64,000 nucleotides of DNA, taken from positions 1 through 64,000 of the IMG/VR virus record IMGVR_UViG_3300020437_000004; one strand, 5' to 3'. The position numbers were made by a program, and so were the translations under genes. Below the pieces are notes generated by a model that searched no databases, was not told the DNA's origin, and was given only the letters and a program-made list of their open reading frames with translations. The stretch's first letter is position 1; each line of letters starts with the position of its first letter. Positions 55,278-64,000 of the stretch are shown piece by piece. The stretch is from a virus.

Positions 55278-55717
55278 GACCTATTACCCCATCGAATTTC
55301 TGGAAATGCTTCTTTAACTACCGCTTCTGTGATGCGATACTTCTTGTGTAGAGACTTATTAACTGCTTTAATAAATGCCACAGCGTCATCTTTGTAGAGA
55401 CCCTCTAGCATCTGAATAAACATATTCTCTACCTTCATGTTAGGGAGGTTGTCTGCACCACCCTTGAAGAAATAGTAAAACTTCTTTGCTTCTACAATCA
55501 AATTAGTATGCTCTGTCCCCAACGGTGCTTCGTTAGGTGTGTAAGGTACGTCCTCACCAAGAGGCACACGAGGCACGACTGACCCATCAAAGTTGATAAT
55601 GAATAGTGTGCGAAGTGCTTGACTGTTGTTATCACGAAGAATTTTAATTTTCTCTGCTTTTGTCTTAGCAGAGTGAGTCTTTTGCAAGACCTCACAAATC
55701 ATAAGTTTTTGTGCCAT
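55274..55717 (-). CDS. conserved T4-like phage hypothetical protein
   Basis: PYTPNEAP.G...L, E.MFIQMLEGL. Confidence 0.8.
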   Translation of the reverse strand: MAQKLMICEVLQKTHSAKTKAEKIKILRDNNSQALRTLFIINFDGSVVPRVPLGEDVPYTPNEAPLGTEHTNLIVEAKKFYYFFKGGADNLPNMKVENMFIQMLEGLYKDDAVAFIKAVNKSLHKKYRITEAVVKEAFPEIRWGNRS

Positions 55718-55719
55718 GA

Positions 55720-55962
55720 TTAATCATCAGTGTCAGTAATTGTATCATCTTCCTCTGTCAAACGCAAGTAGAATAGATCTTCTGTGTCCAGAAAATTACC
55801 ATTCTCATCATACATCTCGGGATGCATGACTATTTTAGCATAGTCTGCCTTTTCTTGCCACTCGTCAAATGCTGCTTTGATATTCCAAGAGATCAAGAAT
55901 CCAACAAGGAAACTACCTAACGTGAGGAAGAAGGCAATGTAAAGGAAAGAAAGATCCGCCAT
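55720..55962 (-). CDS. membrane protein (DUF2973-like)
   Basis: TM helix followed by HPEMYDENG; late promoter CTAAATA at 55990-55996. Confidence 0.7.
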   Translation of the reverse strand: MADLSFLYIAFFLTLGSFLVGFLISWNIKAAFDEWQEKADYAKIVMHPEMYDENGNFLDTEDLFYLRLTEEDDTITDTDD

Positions 55963-55988
55963 GTAATTGCCTCCTAAGACTGTTGTTT

Positions 55989-56339
55989 TTATTTAGTAAC
56001 TTTTTTCCTGCCTGGTCTCCTATCCCTTTCATATTTCCATGCATCCTCAAGGATACCGTAGAGATACTTTCTAATCTTTCTTGCTTCTGGTTTTGGGATG
56101 TGTCCGTATGCTTCACGCAATACTTTGTCACCTCCCTTGATATATGCATCAAGATCTAGGATAGTATTGTTTAGAGAGTTAGCAGTTGGGGATTCAATAA
56201 ACTCAGTAGTCTCCTTACGAGTATACTTTGCTCCTTTTAAATACCCATACATGTTAAATAAGAAACGTTTCTTCTCGAATGCTTCATCAATCGATCGCTC
56301 GATCAACTCATATAATTCGTTAGCGTTTCTGAGTTTCAT
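55989..56339 (-). CDS. conserved cyanophage hypothetical protein
   Basis: MKLRNANELYELIERSID..., EAYGHIPKP.ARKI; start reassigned to 56339. Confidence 0.75.
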   Translation of the reverse strand: MKLRNANELYELIERSIDEAFEKKRFLFNMYGYLKGAKYTRKETTEFIESPTANSLNNTILDLDAYIKGGDKVLREAYGHIPKPEARKIRKYLYGILEDAWKYERDRRPGRKKVTK

Positions 56340-56590
56340 TAGAGGAATTTGCCTTCTCGTAGATGTTTTACAGCATCGGTGCAACCACCGACTTTATTCC
56401 CACCAATGATTACCTGTGGGAAGGTAGACCCCATACCAAACTCCGCATAGAATTGGTTGCGGTCGAAGTTAACATCGAGTTTCATCTCGTTGTAACTCCA
56501 TCGATTCATATTATACACTTCTTTAATTTTTGTGCAATAAGGACAACCAGATCTTGTATAGATTGTTGTCGATGGTGGAATCTTTGCCAT
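56339..56590 (-). CDS. nrdC: glutaredoxin
   Basis: YTRSGCPYC, TFPQV, GGCTD. Confidence 0.9.
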   Translation of the reverse strand: MAKIPPSTTIYTRSGCPYCTKIKEVYNMNRWSYNEMKLDVNFDRNQFYAEFGMGSTFPQVIIGGNKVGGCTDAVKHLREGKFL

Positions 56591-56600
56591 AATATTATAG

Positions 56601-56627
56601 AAAAAAAGAAAGGGGTCAGAGACCCCT
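56601..56627 (-). terminator. Rho-independent terminator
   Basis: AGGGGTC-aga-GACCCCT stem followed by TTTCTTTTTTT on minus. Confidence 0.8.
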
Positions 56628-56651
56628 GATGGTATTATATATCCTTTCTAC

Positions 56652-57020
56652 TTAGAAAGCATACTTCACACCCAACTTACCTCCGTATCCGTTGTCTGCA
56701 GAGTCTGCAGTAACAAAAGAGACTTCAGTGTAGAGATCCATCGCCTCAGAGAGTGGAAGACCAAGACCTGCCTTACCAGAGAAGTCAGTGTCAGTGTCAC
56801 CACCGTCCACAGAAGTCACTGCTGGACCTCCTTGGACGTAGTAAGATGCGATTCCAACTTGTCCTTCGTAACCAACGTGCACGTCAGTCGTCGTCCCAGT
56901 ATAATCCGAGCCAGTCCAAGAGGAGTTTGCTTCGATATTAATATACGGTCCTGCAAAGGAAGCAGATGGGGCTACCACAGCTGCGGTAGCAGCAAGAGTT
57001 GCGATTGCAGTTTTGATCAT
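56652..57020 (-). CDS. small outer-membrane beta-barrel protein
   Basis: Signal peptide (ASFA), alternating amphipathic strands, C-terminal GVKYAF. Confidence 0.7.
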   Translation of the reverse strand: MIKTAIATLAATAAVVAPSASFAGPYINIEANSSWTGSDYTGTTTDVHVGYEGQVGIASYYVQGGPAVTSVDGGDTDTDFSGKAGLGLPLSEAMDLYTEVSFVTADSADNGYGGKLGVKYAF

Positions 57021-57069
57021 GTGTTTTTTACCTTTAGTTTGAGTTTATGTAACAGATAGTTACAATGGG

Positions 57070-57077
57070 TATTTATA
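57070..57077 (-). promoter_or_regulatory. T4 late promoter TATAAATA
   Basis: Exact consensus ~50 nt upstream of the beta-barrel gene. Confidence 0.7.
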
Positions 57078-58227
57078 CTATTGACAAATCACGATCCCCT
57101 GACAATCCACAATGTAATTGATACATGCATGTAATGCCAAAGATATGTGTGTGATCTGGTGCATAGTAGTAGTCAGGATGCTGTGTGAGGTGAGAATTTT
57201 TGCCCTCTCCCCACGAAGATCTGACTTTGTGGATGAGTCTACCATCATTCCACCATTTTTGTCCAACCCTTGTGACACTTTTCTTACTGACCTTCTCCCA
57301 GTATCCAGAATTGTGAGCACTACCATATTGATAGTGGAAGGCAAGGGCATCAACATATGCCTCTACCATTCTTAGATACCAGAGATTAGCGAGTAGTCTC
57401 TCCTCATTTGTTTGGCCATTAACCAAATAGTCGCAGATTCTTTTTGCGACCATATCATAATGTAATAGCGAAAGTGCTTGCAATGGCTCGAAGAAGAGCA
57501 AAGCGTTACCATTGAGTGCCAACTTATTATTGACAATCATATCGGGTGCGTAAGATGGAGTCCACTCGAAGAGGTCTCCATGTGAGTATACAACCTCAGC
57601 ATCTACATGTGACTGATAGTCCCTGTGAAACAGGTAACCTGTCCGTGAGATGCCTTGCTTAGGAAATGGAAGACTAAACTTCCATCCATATTCATGGGCG
57701 AGGTGGTAGGTATACTCTGGGTGACCATGTATTTTATGGTCATCGAAATATAATACACTATTGACACATGGAATGTCAATCTCTTTTCTATAGTTGCTGA
57801 GAGCACCTGAGCAGTTGATTACGAAATCATATTCATTGCTAATAGAATTAAGAGCAGTGATACGTTTTCCAATAAACTTTACTCCTTTATATTTCTCTAG
57901 ATTCTCTTGGAGAAATGGGTTAAGAGTCTTAGTGTAAAAGTGAATAGCATCTGCATGTAGAAATCTATGATAGAAATGCTTTGAGTTACCCCAGTCAACA
58001 AACTCAATGCCCTTCTTATAGGACGCAAGTCCTAGGGCAATAAGATCATCGATAGTTAAACCCAATGTGCATTCTATCAGTGATGCAAATTGAGGTGTGG
58101 TTGACTCACCAACAGGAAGTTGTTGGGTGTCGGGATCATAATAACAATCAACTTTAATGTTGTAGGTCAAGAGATTCATGATGGTAATTAAACCACCACT
58201 ACCTCTGCCAATCACTGCTACCTTCAT
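57073..58227 (-). CDS. short flavin-dependent halogenase-like protein
   Basis: GRGSGG, LPVGESTTP, SYKKGIEF (catalytic Lys), GWKFSLP, FFEPLQA; only 384 aa. Confidence 0.8.
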   Translation of the reverse strand: MKVAVIGRGSGGLITIMNLLTYNIKVDCYYDPDTQQLPVGESTTPQFASLIECTLGLTIDDLIALGLASYKKGIEFVDWGNSKHFYHRFLHADAIHFYTKTLNPFLQENLEKYKGVKFIGKRITALNSISNEYDFVINCSGALSNYRKEIDIPCVNSVLYFDDHKIHGHPEYTYHLAHEYGWKFSLPFPKQGISRTGYLFHRDYQSHVDAEVVYSHGDLFEWTPSYAPDMIVNNKLALNGNALLFFEPLQALSLLHYDMVAKRICDYLVNGQTNEERLLANLWYLRMVEAYVDALAFHYQYGSAHNSGYWEKVSKKSVTRVGQKWWNDGRLIHKVRSSWGEGKNSHLTQHPDYYYAPDHTHIFGITCMYQLHCGLSGDRDLSIV

Positions 58228-58589
58228 TCTCCTTCTAGATACTCTCGAATTTCTGCTGCTCTTGTTTCAGAGACACTCATCTTTTCTTTAGGTGAGTCTA
58301 GTCCAACTTCCTTTCGGTAGTCTTCCACTATCTTATCATAGGGGACTTCTCTCAATTCGTCAACAATGTTTTTGCCTGACGGTTTTGTATCAAGATCTTT
58401 GATGGTATTGATATTGCTATTCCAATACCTCTTCATCTTCTTAAGCATCTTATGACGACCATCGGGATCGTCTTTATACTTTTCGATGACCTCACGCAGA
58501 AGTTTCAACTCTTTAGTTGTCTTCTGTATTGTTTTGTCTGCCCAGTCCTTGTGTCTTTTACGACCTGGCTGGTCACCAAATCCATTCAT
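58224..58589 (-). CDS. hypothetical protein
   Basis: 121-aa charged ORF, coupled on both sides. Confidence 0.7.
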   Translation of the reverse strand: MNGFGDQPGRKRHKDWADKTIQKTTKELKLLREVIEKYKDDPDGRHKMLKKMKRYWNSNINTIKDLDTKPSGKNIVDELREVPYDKIVEDYRKEVGLDSPKEKMSVSETRAAEIREYLEGE

Positions 58590-61500
58590 TACTGTACTCC
58601 GTTAACTCTGATTTTGAATCTGACTCGATCACGGTATTCTTTCTTATCTATAAACCAATACATAGACTCCTTGTTATGTGACTCTTGGTAGAATGCATCA
58701 TACACAGGACGTTTTGTATCTCTGTAACCTCGACCAGATGGCTCGTATCCAATCTTAATTTCTGACGGTATGTCTTTAGTTAGTGGATTGTAATTAGGAG
58801 CACTGGATCTATGTGCTGCGATGGTAGGACTAAATGGTGCAACATTATTATCGGTGGAGTAATCCATGATCCGATCAGTATACTTAGGTGGCCAGTAGAA
58901 TTCAAATTCCTGACCCTCTCCATATCCGTCACCCCAGTCCAAGACTTCGAGCAATTCTATTGTAGCATAGAAATTTGTAATTCGCTTAGGACCTGCCTTG
59001 TTGCTGTAACCTTCATTCTTTGCCCAGAAAGTTATACCAACACGAATCTTGGCAGTGTTAGCACCGATGCCATGATCCTCTACGTTATCATCATCCTCTG
59101 GAATCAACCAGTAGTCTTGGATAAAGTATCCCATCTCATAGTTTGTAAGGACTTCTGGATTCTGTTGCATACCATCGTAGAGGTTGTCAAGCATCCACTG
59201 TAAGTCACTAGTTGCTACGAAACTATTCATCTTGGTATCCCACCATGAGAAACCATCGTCAGAATACTTTGCAAGTCTTGCATAGTGTGTCTCTGATTGG
59301 ACGTGTCTCTTTACAGCAGTGGGTGCACCAGTGCCATCCAAGTAGATAGGACCTGTCTTGCCATCTTTGAATAGCATTCTGGTGACAAGTTGATTGTAAT
59401 GTTGTCCTTTATCTTTCTCTTTGAATCCATATGTATCAATGTATGCATTCCTATCACTGCCATCCCATCCACGGAAGGACATAGCAGCACGGTTATTAGA
59501 TCCTCCCTGATCTGCTGTCCAGTGTGTGTAGCGTGGGTAATCATCATGGTCATGGATCTGATTATTAGCATCCATGTTTACTGCTTGCTGATTCTCCCAA
59601 ACAGTATAGTATCTCTGCCAGTCTTCAATCTCTGAGTTTTTACCTCTGTCATCTAGGTTGTGCATGTAGCACATATCAAATCCTGTGATCTCACCACCCA
59701 CACCCTTAGAAGATTCTGCCTCTGGGTTGATAGTTGATGGGTATGGAATTGACCTAGCGTCACCTGGTTGTGTCTGTAGACGGAGGTTGAATGTTGATTC
59801 AAAGAGATAATTATCTTCATCAAGGATGCCTAACCTAGGTGTAATCTGTCCACTAGTAGGTCCTCGTTTGATCTCTGTGACTTTGAATTTAATTACGTCA
59901 CCCTCAACTACCTCAAAGAAATCATCATCATGTAACTTCTGTCCGATCTCTGGCCATGCTCCTGCTCTAAACTTCTGCTCCCAAAGAACGTTATTGTTTT
60001 TCCAAAGTTTTAATATGAATACCATGCAGTCACCTGCAAGACCTTGAGTAATACCTCCAAGACTACGCAAAGAGAATTTACCTTTGGTTACTATCTTACT
60101 CTTCTGTGTCCTGTTAACTTGGAATAGATACTCACCATTACATTTACCACATGAGATGTCTCCACTATCTCCTGTGACGTCAATGACCTCAGATCCACAA
60201 TCATTTCTCATCAACAAGACATCTTTAAATGATTTCTTAAACAGTCGTGGATCACAATCTGACTTAGAAAGTAGAGGTTTAGTTATAGATGGAGGTTTGT
60301 CCTCTCTCCACACATAACATTCAATACCCTCATAGGCTGTAGCACCACCTGCCCATACAACTTCGTGCCAGAATTTACAATCATCAAAGTCACTGTCACC
60401 ACTGATTAGATCCTCCCACCACTGCCAGTGATCACCTTTCCATACTGTGTAGTCTCTACTGTCACTAACAGATCCTTCTGGGTTGAGTGATTCATCAGAG
60501 AATAAAACATAATTAGATTCTGAGGATGATACACCATCAATCCTCCATCCATCTGACAACTGAGAGAAGTTTGTAAATGTATCACCTACGTTATAACTGT
60601 TGAGTTGAGCACCATTAGAGACAAGCAAGAATCCTAAGTTGCCACCCTTGTATTGTTGAAGGATGTTGATAGGTATCATATGCTGTGTCATACCAGCCTC
60701 ATTAGTTGCATCCACAACCAAAAGTTGTGCCCATCGTGGGACACCATCTGTCTCAATGTATGCCATCAAGGTATTTCTATACCCTGCCCTACCTTTTTCC
60801 ACATCTATATTCATTAAGATGGTGTTGTTTACATCATTTGGAATTAGGTAATAGTTTTTGTTAGAGTCCTTGGTAGGTGGCTCTTCTATTGTTTGCTTAC
60901 GAATAGAATAGAAATGATTATCCATTTCTATGTTGCCAGTGCTTGCTTTATCTACCCGTGAAATTCTAATCGTCCCGTTACAATCGTCTCCATGTCCATC
61001 AAGAAGACAGACAGATTCATTGTCATTGTATATCCTATCAGCAAAATTACTATTAGCAGAGTGTAGATTCTGGAAAGTAATAGGGTAAGTGCCTGCTGAC
61101 ATGTTGGTAAATCTTTCAGTCTGACTACCTCTCGTGCCTCGACGCTCAAATGTCTTGTTGTCAATAGTAAAACTATCACATGTCACACCTGCAATATTTG
61201 GAGAGTCTTTCCATGACCACTCGATAGTGAAGTCACAGTTACCAGAGACTGTAATACTTTGACCAGAGAATTTTACTTCTGCTGTAGAGAATAGTTTGTC
61301 ATAATACCTATGTAATTCTTGTGCCTTTTCTTTCTTACCTAGGTATGGATTCATGGCTGCAGCATCTTCATATGCCCATCCTAAAATTTCTACGAAACCA
61401 TACCCACCTGCGTTTAAGGTTGCTCTCTCACCATTGCCTGGTGTGTCAGGCTCACCTGGTTTAATTGTAAGTAGAGTATCTTTTCTAGAGTTGGAATAGT

Positions 61501-62977
61501 ATTTGTATACTGCAACTGATCTATCGTCTTTCTTATTCTTATGTAAGTAGAAGACAGGTTGATTAGATGTCAGTGTATATCCTGTTGGAGGTGTAGAGGA
61601 TGTGCCATAGTCATGATTAGTGCCTGCCTTGTTACCTTCCAACACCATGAATGTGACATCAAAACTAGCACTGTCACCAGTAAATGATGCTGTGGTTTCT
61701 GTGCCTACAGCAGGTAGGTCACCAGTGTATGTGCAATACCATCTACTATCAAACTCACCATTGTCATTATATACTTCAACGTTAACAGTGATGTTAGCAC
61801 TACCAAGAGTAGCACTGTATGTCCTGTTACCTGCAGACGTATAGATTTTATTACCGCCAGGATTATCGATCTTACTACCATTCCATGACCCATCATAGTT
61901 TGTGGTCACACCTAATAGATTATGCAGACCACTACCATAAGGTTTAAATGCTAGAGCAGCACCTTTCTGTGTCACATACTCATAGATACCAACTCTATCT
62001 GGATAGCAGTTAGCAATACAGAATGACTTGATGTTACCGTTATATCCTCTAGGGTAGAAGGTAACACAATCCTGTGAAGGTGGTTGCCATGCACCATCAA
62101 TGTATGGTTTAAACAAACACTCTAGTGCTTCCTCTACACACTTACCCCAGTCATCATTTTTCTGCTCAGGTGGACAATAGAATTGCTCTCTTGTATCAGT
62201 CCTCTCCCAGTATCCATCACCAATATCTTTAACTAAATTATCTCTTTGCAACTCCCATATTTTATCACAGTCTTTACCTCCTCCACCGATAGTTGGTGGA
62301 AGAATACCTGTGCCAGGTGTAGGTATCTTAATAGGAAATTCTACACACGTACTAGGATCTGTAGCATACTTCTCACACTCTGGACAGAATGGTAAGTATG
62401 GAAACATATCACAGATCATATCGATCGGTGGGTCTACCCTGAGATCAGGTATATCAAACGGAGGTAGATCAATATCAGGTTGTCTAATCCCACCATCATC
62501 AAGTCCTAGAGGAGGATAACATCTTCCAACCAACTGTCTGATAACTTCCCTAGGATCTATATCCTCATCAGATGGAGGAAGTGGAGGGGGTGTAGGTAGA
62601 TCAGGTGACGTGCCTCGCTCAGGACTGTTAGGTATAGGAATAGGACCGTAACATCTATTCGCAGGGTTGTCAGCAGGATCATCATAAGTTGGCACACCAC
62701 TACTAGGAGGTGGCGGTGGTGTGGCGAGTGTGATTCTGACGGGATTAGATGCATCCAACGGGTTAGGTTGGAGTGACTCCTGTCTAAACGGACCGTAGCA
62801 TCTTCCATCAGCACCAATGATGGGATCACTAGGCTGCAGAGTCCCAGCCGCTTGCCTTGGGTCACTAGGAATATACTGTGTAACATCCCTAGGGTTGGCA
62901 GCGTCGAGTGCGTTAGGTTGTAATTGAGGTATCTGTGGTGAATAACTTCCACCATAACACCTTGGGTCCGCTGTCAT
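58589..62977 (-). CDS. large virion structural protein with Pro-rich, RCY-repeat N-terminus
   Basis: 1462 aa, beta-rich, many Cys; late promoter ATAAATA at 63000-63006. Confidence 0.7.
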   Translation of the reverse strand: MTADPRCYGGSYSPQIPQLQPNALDAANPRDVTQYIPSDPRQAAGTLQPSDPIIGADGRCYGPFRQESLQPNPLDASNPVRITLATPPPPPSSGVPTYDDPADNPANRCYGPIPIPNSPERGTSPDLPTPPPLPPSDEDIDPREVIRQLVGRCYPPLGLDDGGIRQPDIDLPPFDIPDLRVDPPIDMICDMFPYLPFCPECEKYATDPSTCVEFPIKIPTPGTGILPPTIGGGGKDCDKIWELQRDNLVKDIGDGYWERTDTREQFYCPPEQKNDDWGKCVEEALECLFKPYIDGAWQPPSQDCVTFYPRGYNGNIKSFCIANCYPDRVGIYEYVTQKGAALAFKPYGSGLHNLLGVTTNYDGSWNGSKIDNPGGNKIYTSAGNRTYSATLGSANITVNVEVYNDNGEFDSRWYCTYTGDLPAVGTETTASFTGDSASFDVTFMVLEGNKAGTNHDYGTSSTPPTGYTLTSNQPVFYLHKNKKDDRSVAVYKYYSNSRKDTLLTIKPGEPDTPGNGERATLNAGGYGFVEILGWAYEDAAAMNPYLGKKEKAQELHRYYDKLFSTAEVKFSGQSITVSGNCDFTIEWSWKDSPNIAGVTCDSFTIDNKTFERRGTRGSQTERFTNMSAGTYPITFQNLHSANSNFADRIYNDNESVCLLDGHGDDCNGTIRISRVDKASTGNIEMDNHFYSIRKQTIEEPPTKDSNKNYYLIPNDVNNTILMNIDVEKGRAGYRNTLMAYIETDGVPRWAQLLVVDATNEAGMTQHMIPINILQQYKGGNLGFLLVSNGAQLNSYNVGDTFTNFSQLSDGWRIDGVSSSESNYVLFSDESLNPEGSVSDSRDYTVWKGDHWQWWEDLISGDSDFDDCKFWHEVVWAGGATAYEGIECYVWREDKPPSITKPLLSKSDCDPRLFKKSFKDVLLMRNDCGSEVIDVTGDSGDISCGKCNGEYLFQVNRTQKSKIVTKGKFSLRSLGGITQGLAGDCMVFILKLWKNNNVLWEQKFRAGAWPEIGQKLHDDDFFEVVEGDVIKFKVTEIKRGPTSGQITPRLGILDEDNYLFESTFNLRLQTQPGDARSIPYPSTINPEAESSKGVGGEITGFDMCYMHNLDDRGKNSEIEDWQRYYTVWENQQAVNMDANNQIHDHDDYPRYTHWTADQGGSNNRAAMSFRGWDGSDRNAYIDTYGFKEKDKGQHYNQLVTRMLFKDGKTGPIYLDGTGAPTAVKRHVQSETHYARLAKYSDDGFSWWDTKMNSFVATSDLQWMLDNLYDGMQQNPEVLTNYEMGYFIQDYWLIPEDDDNVEDHGIGANTAKIRVGITFWAKNEGYSNKAGPKRITNFYATIELLEVLDWGDGYGEGQEFEFYWPPKYTDRIMDYSTDNNVAPFSPTIAAHRSSAPNYNPLTKDIPSEIKIGYEPSGRGYRDTKRPVYDAFYQESHNKESMYWFIDKKEYRDRVRFKIRVNGVQ

Positions 62978-62982
62978 TACAA

Positions 62983-63651
62983 CTAGTTATCTTCTTTGTT
63001 ATTTATTTCCTCTTCCATAGTCTTGTATGCCCACTCATCTGTGTGTCCAACTGACCACCATTTAGGTAGAGTTTCTACAGCATAGTTTTGTGTGCAGACT
63101 TTGAAGTCAGGTTGTAGTAGAGCATCATTGTTTACCAAACTGTTGTCAAAGAATTGACATCTATTGTTAGGTTGTGCAGCAAACTGTCCATTGTCCAGTG
63201 CAATAATATTAAATGTCTTATGCTCAGGATCATGCTCTGAAAAGTTTGTATCCAATACAGAGAAGTCAGGGTGTGCTGTATCAATAGTGAATTCATATTC
63301 ACCAGGATGCATCTTCCTATCTTTACCAAAGAAAGAGCAGCGACCAAGGATAGGTTTCTCAACCACTGTAATATTGTAGTCGAAACAATCCCACAACTCT
63401 AGGACATCTAGTGGTAGTTGATTATCTTTATCATAATCTTCCTTCCATACGAATGCACTGAGTGGTAACTTGTCAAACAGTGCACCGTAATCAGTCAGTA
63501 GGGTCTCAAAGTATAATGCTTTCGCTTGTATACTTCTTACTGAGATCCAAATACCAGGTGTGATCTCTCCATGACCCTTCTCTAGGTCATAAAGATACTC
63601 TTTCTTTACCCATACCTTTCTTGGAGGTAAGGGGTGGACTAGATAACTCAT
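62983..63651 (-). CDS. conserved T4-like phage hypothetical protein
   Basis: VWVKKEYLYD, GALFDKLPLSAF, LDNGQFAAQPNNR. Confidence 0.8.
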   Translation of the reverse strand: MSYLVHPLPPRKVWVKKEYLYDLEKGHGEITPGIWISVRSIQAKALYFETLLTDYGALFDKLPLSAFVWKEDYDKDNQLPLDVLELWDCFDYNITVVEKPILGRCSFFGKDRKMHPGEYEFTIDTAHPDFSVLDTNFSEHDPEHKTFNIIALDNGQFAAQPNNRCQFFDNSLVNNDALLQPDFKVCTQNYAVETLPKWWSVGHTDEWAYKTMEEEINNKEDN

Positions 63652-64000
63652 TCTTTAATGTAATTGTTTTCAATAAGCCACTGCTTAGTGAGTGGAGTGG
63701 GTGGATATACTTCCCACATAGGAGTGCCAGATGCACAGACTTCAAGTGCTTCCTGTGTCATGCCCTCTTCATGACCTGCCCAGAATGCCTCCTTCTCCCA
63801 TGGGATCGCTTTAGGATTCTGGTAGTATGCTTTTGCTGCCATGTCTGCCCACAGACCAGGCACATCCTCTTCGGGTTTGATAATAGCAAGTAGTGTATTA
63901 TCTAGCGTCCCTGCCATACAGTCTTGTGCAGCATGCCAACCCTCATGCCTGAGGACTGCCATCAAAATATGAGGACGACTAACCCATGCCTCATTCAGAT
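63648..64000 (-). CDS. HEXXH-motif protein (5' end outside window)
   Basis: Frame is open to the window edge; LRHEGWHAAQDC zincin-type motif. Confidence 0.7.
   Translation of the reverse strand, partial: LNEAWVSRPHILMAVLRHEGWHAAQDCMAGTLDNTLLAIIKPEEDVPGLWADMAAKAYYQNPKAIPWEKEAFWAGHEEGMTQEALEVCASGTPMWEVYPPTPLTKQWLIENNYIKE

Noticed and set aside
57048-57064. TGTAAC-agata-GTTACA as an NtcA box
   Set aside because: GTA-N9-TAC is one base too long; more likely a small 5' UTR hairpin.
1-64000. tRNA or rRNA genes
   Set aside because: No intergenic space with a cloverleaf or T-arm (GTTCGAATC) signature was noticed; tRNAscan-SE would confirm.

Overview
This is a 64-kb segment of a T4-like marine cyanomyovirus genome (Prochlorococcus/Synechococcus phage), almost entirely on the minus strand. 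(i) 1-10.1 kb: early, accessory small-ORF region cut into modules by eight copies of a palindromic promoter cassette (GTGNCA-N10-TGNCAC placed 28-30 nt from a TATAAT box). It includes two beta-class DNA methyltransferases, a PD-(D/E)XK nuclease overlapping one of them, an SF2 helicase and a candidate ~90-nt sRNA. (ii) 10.6-18.3 kb: five Fe(II)/2OG oxygenases or cupins, a dUTPase-fold protein and two flavin-dependent halogenases, lying directly downstream of (iii) 18.3-30.4 kb: late-promoter-driven virion/fibre genes, including three His-rich polyglycine paralogues. (iv) 30.4-48.4 kb: baseplate/tail module (gp5, hub, two tape-measure-like proteins, gp51, gp26, gp54, gp2, gp4, gp48, gp53) with the auxiliary metabolic genes cpeT and cp12. 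(v) 48.5-64 kb: gp32, gp33, exonuclease, phoH, thyX, glutaredoxins, a small outer-membrane beta-barrel, a third halogenase and a 1462-aa virion protein with RCY(G/P) repeats. No tRNA, rRNA, CRISPR array or transposase was seen. All annotations come from motif recognition by eye; no database searches were run.
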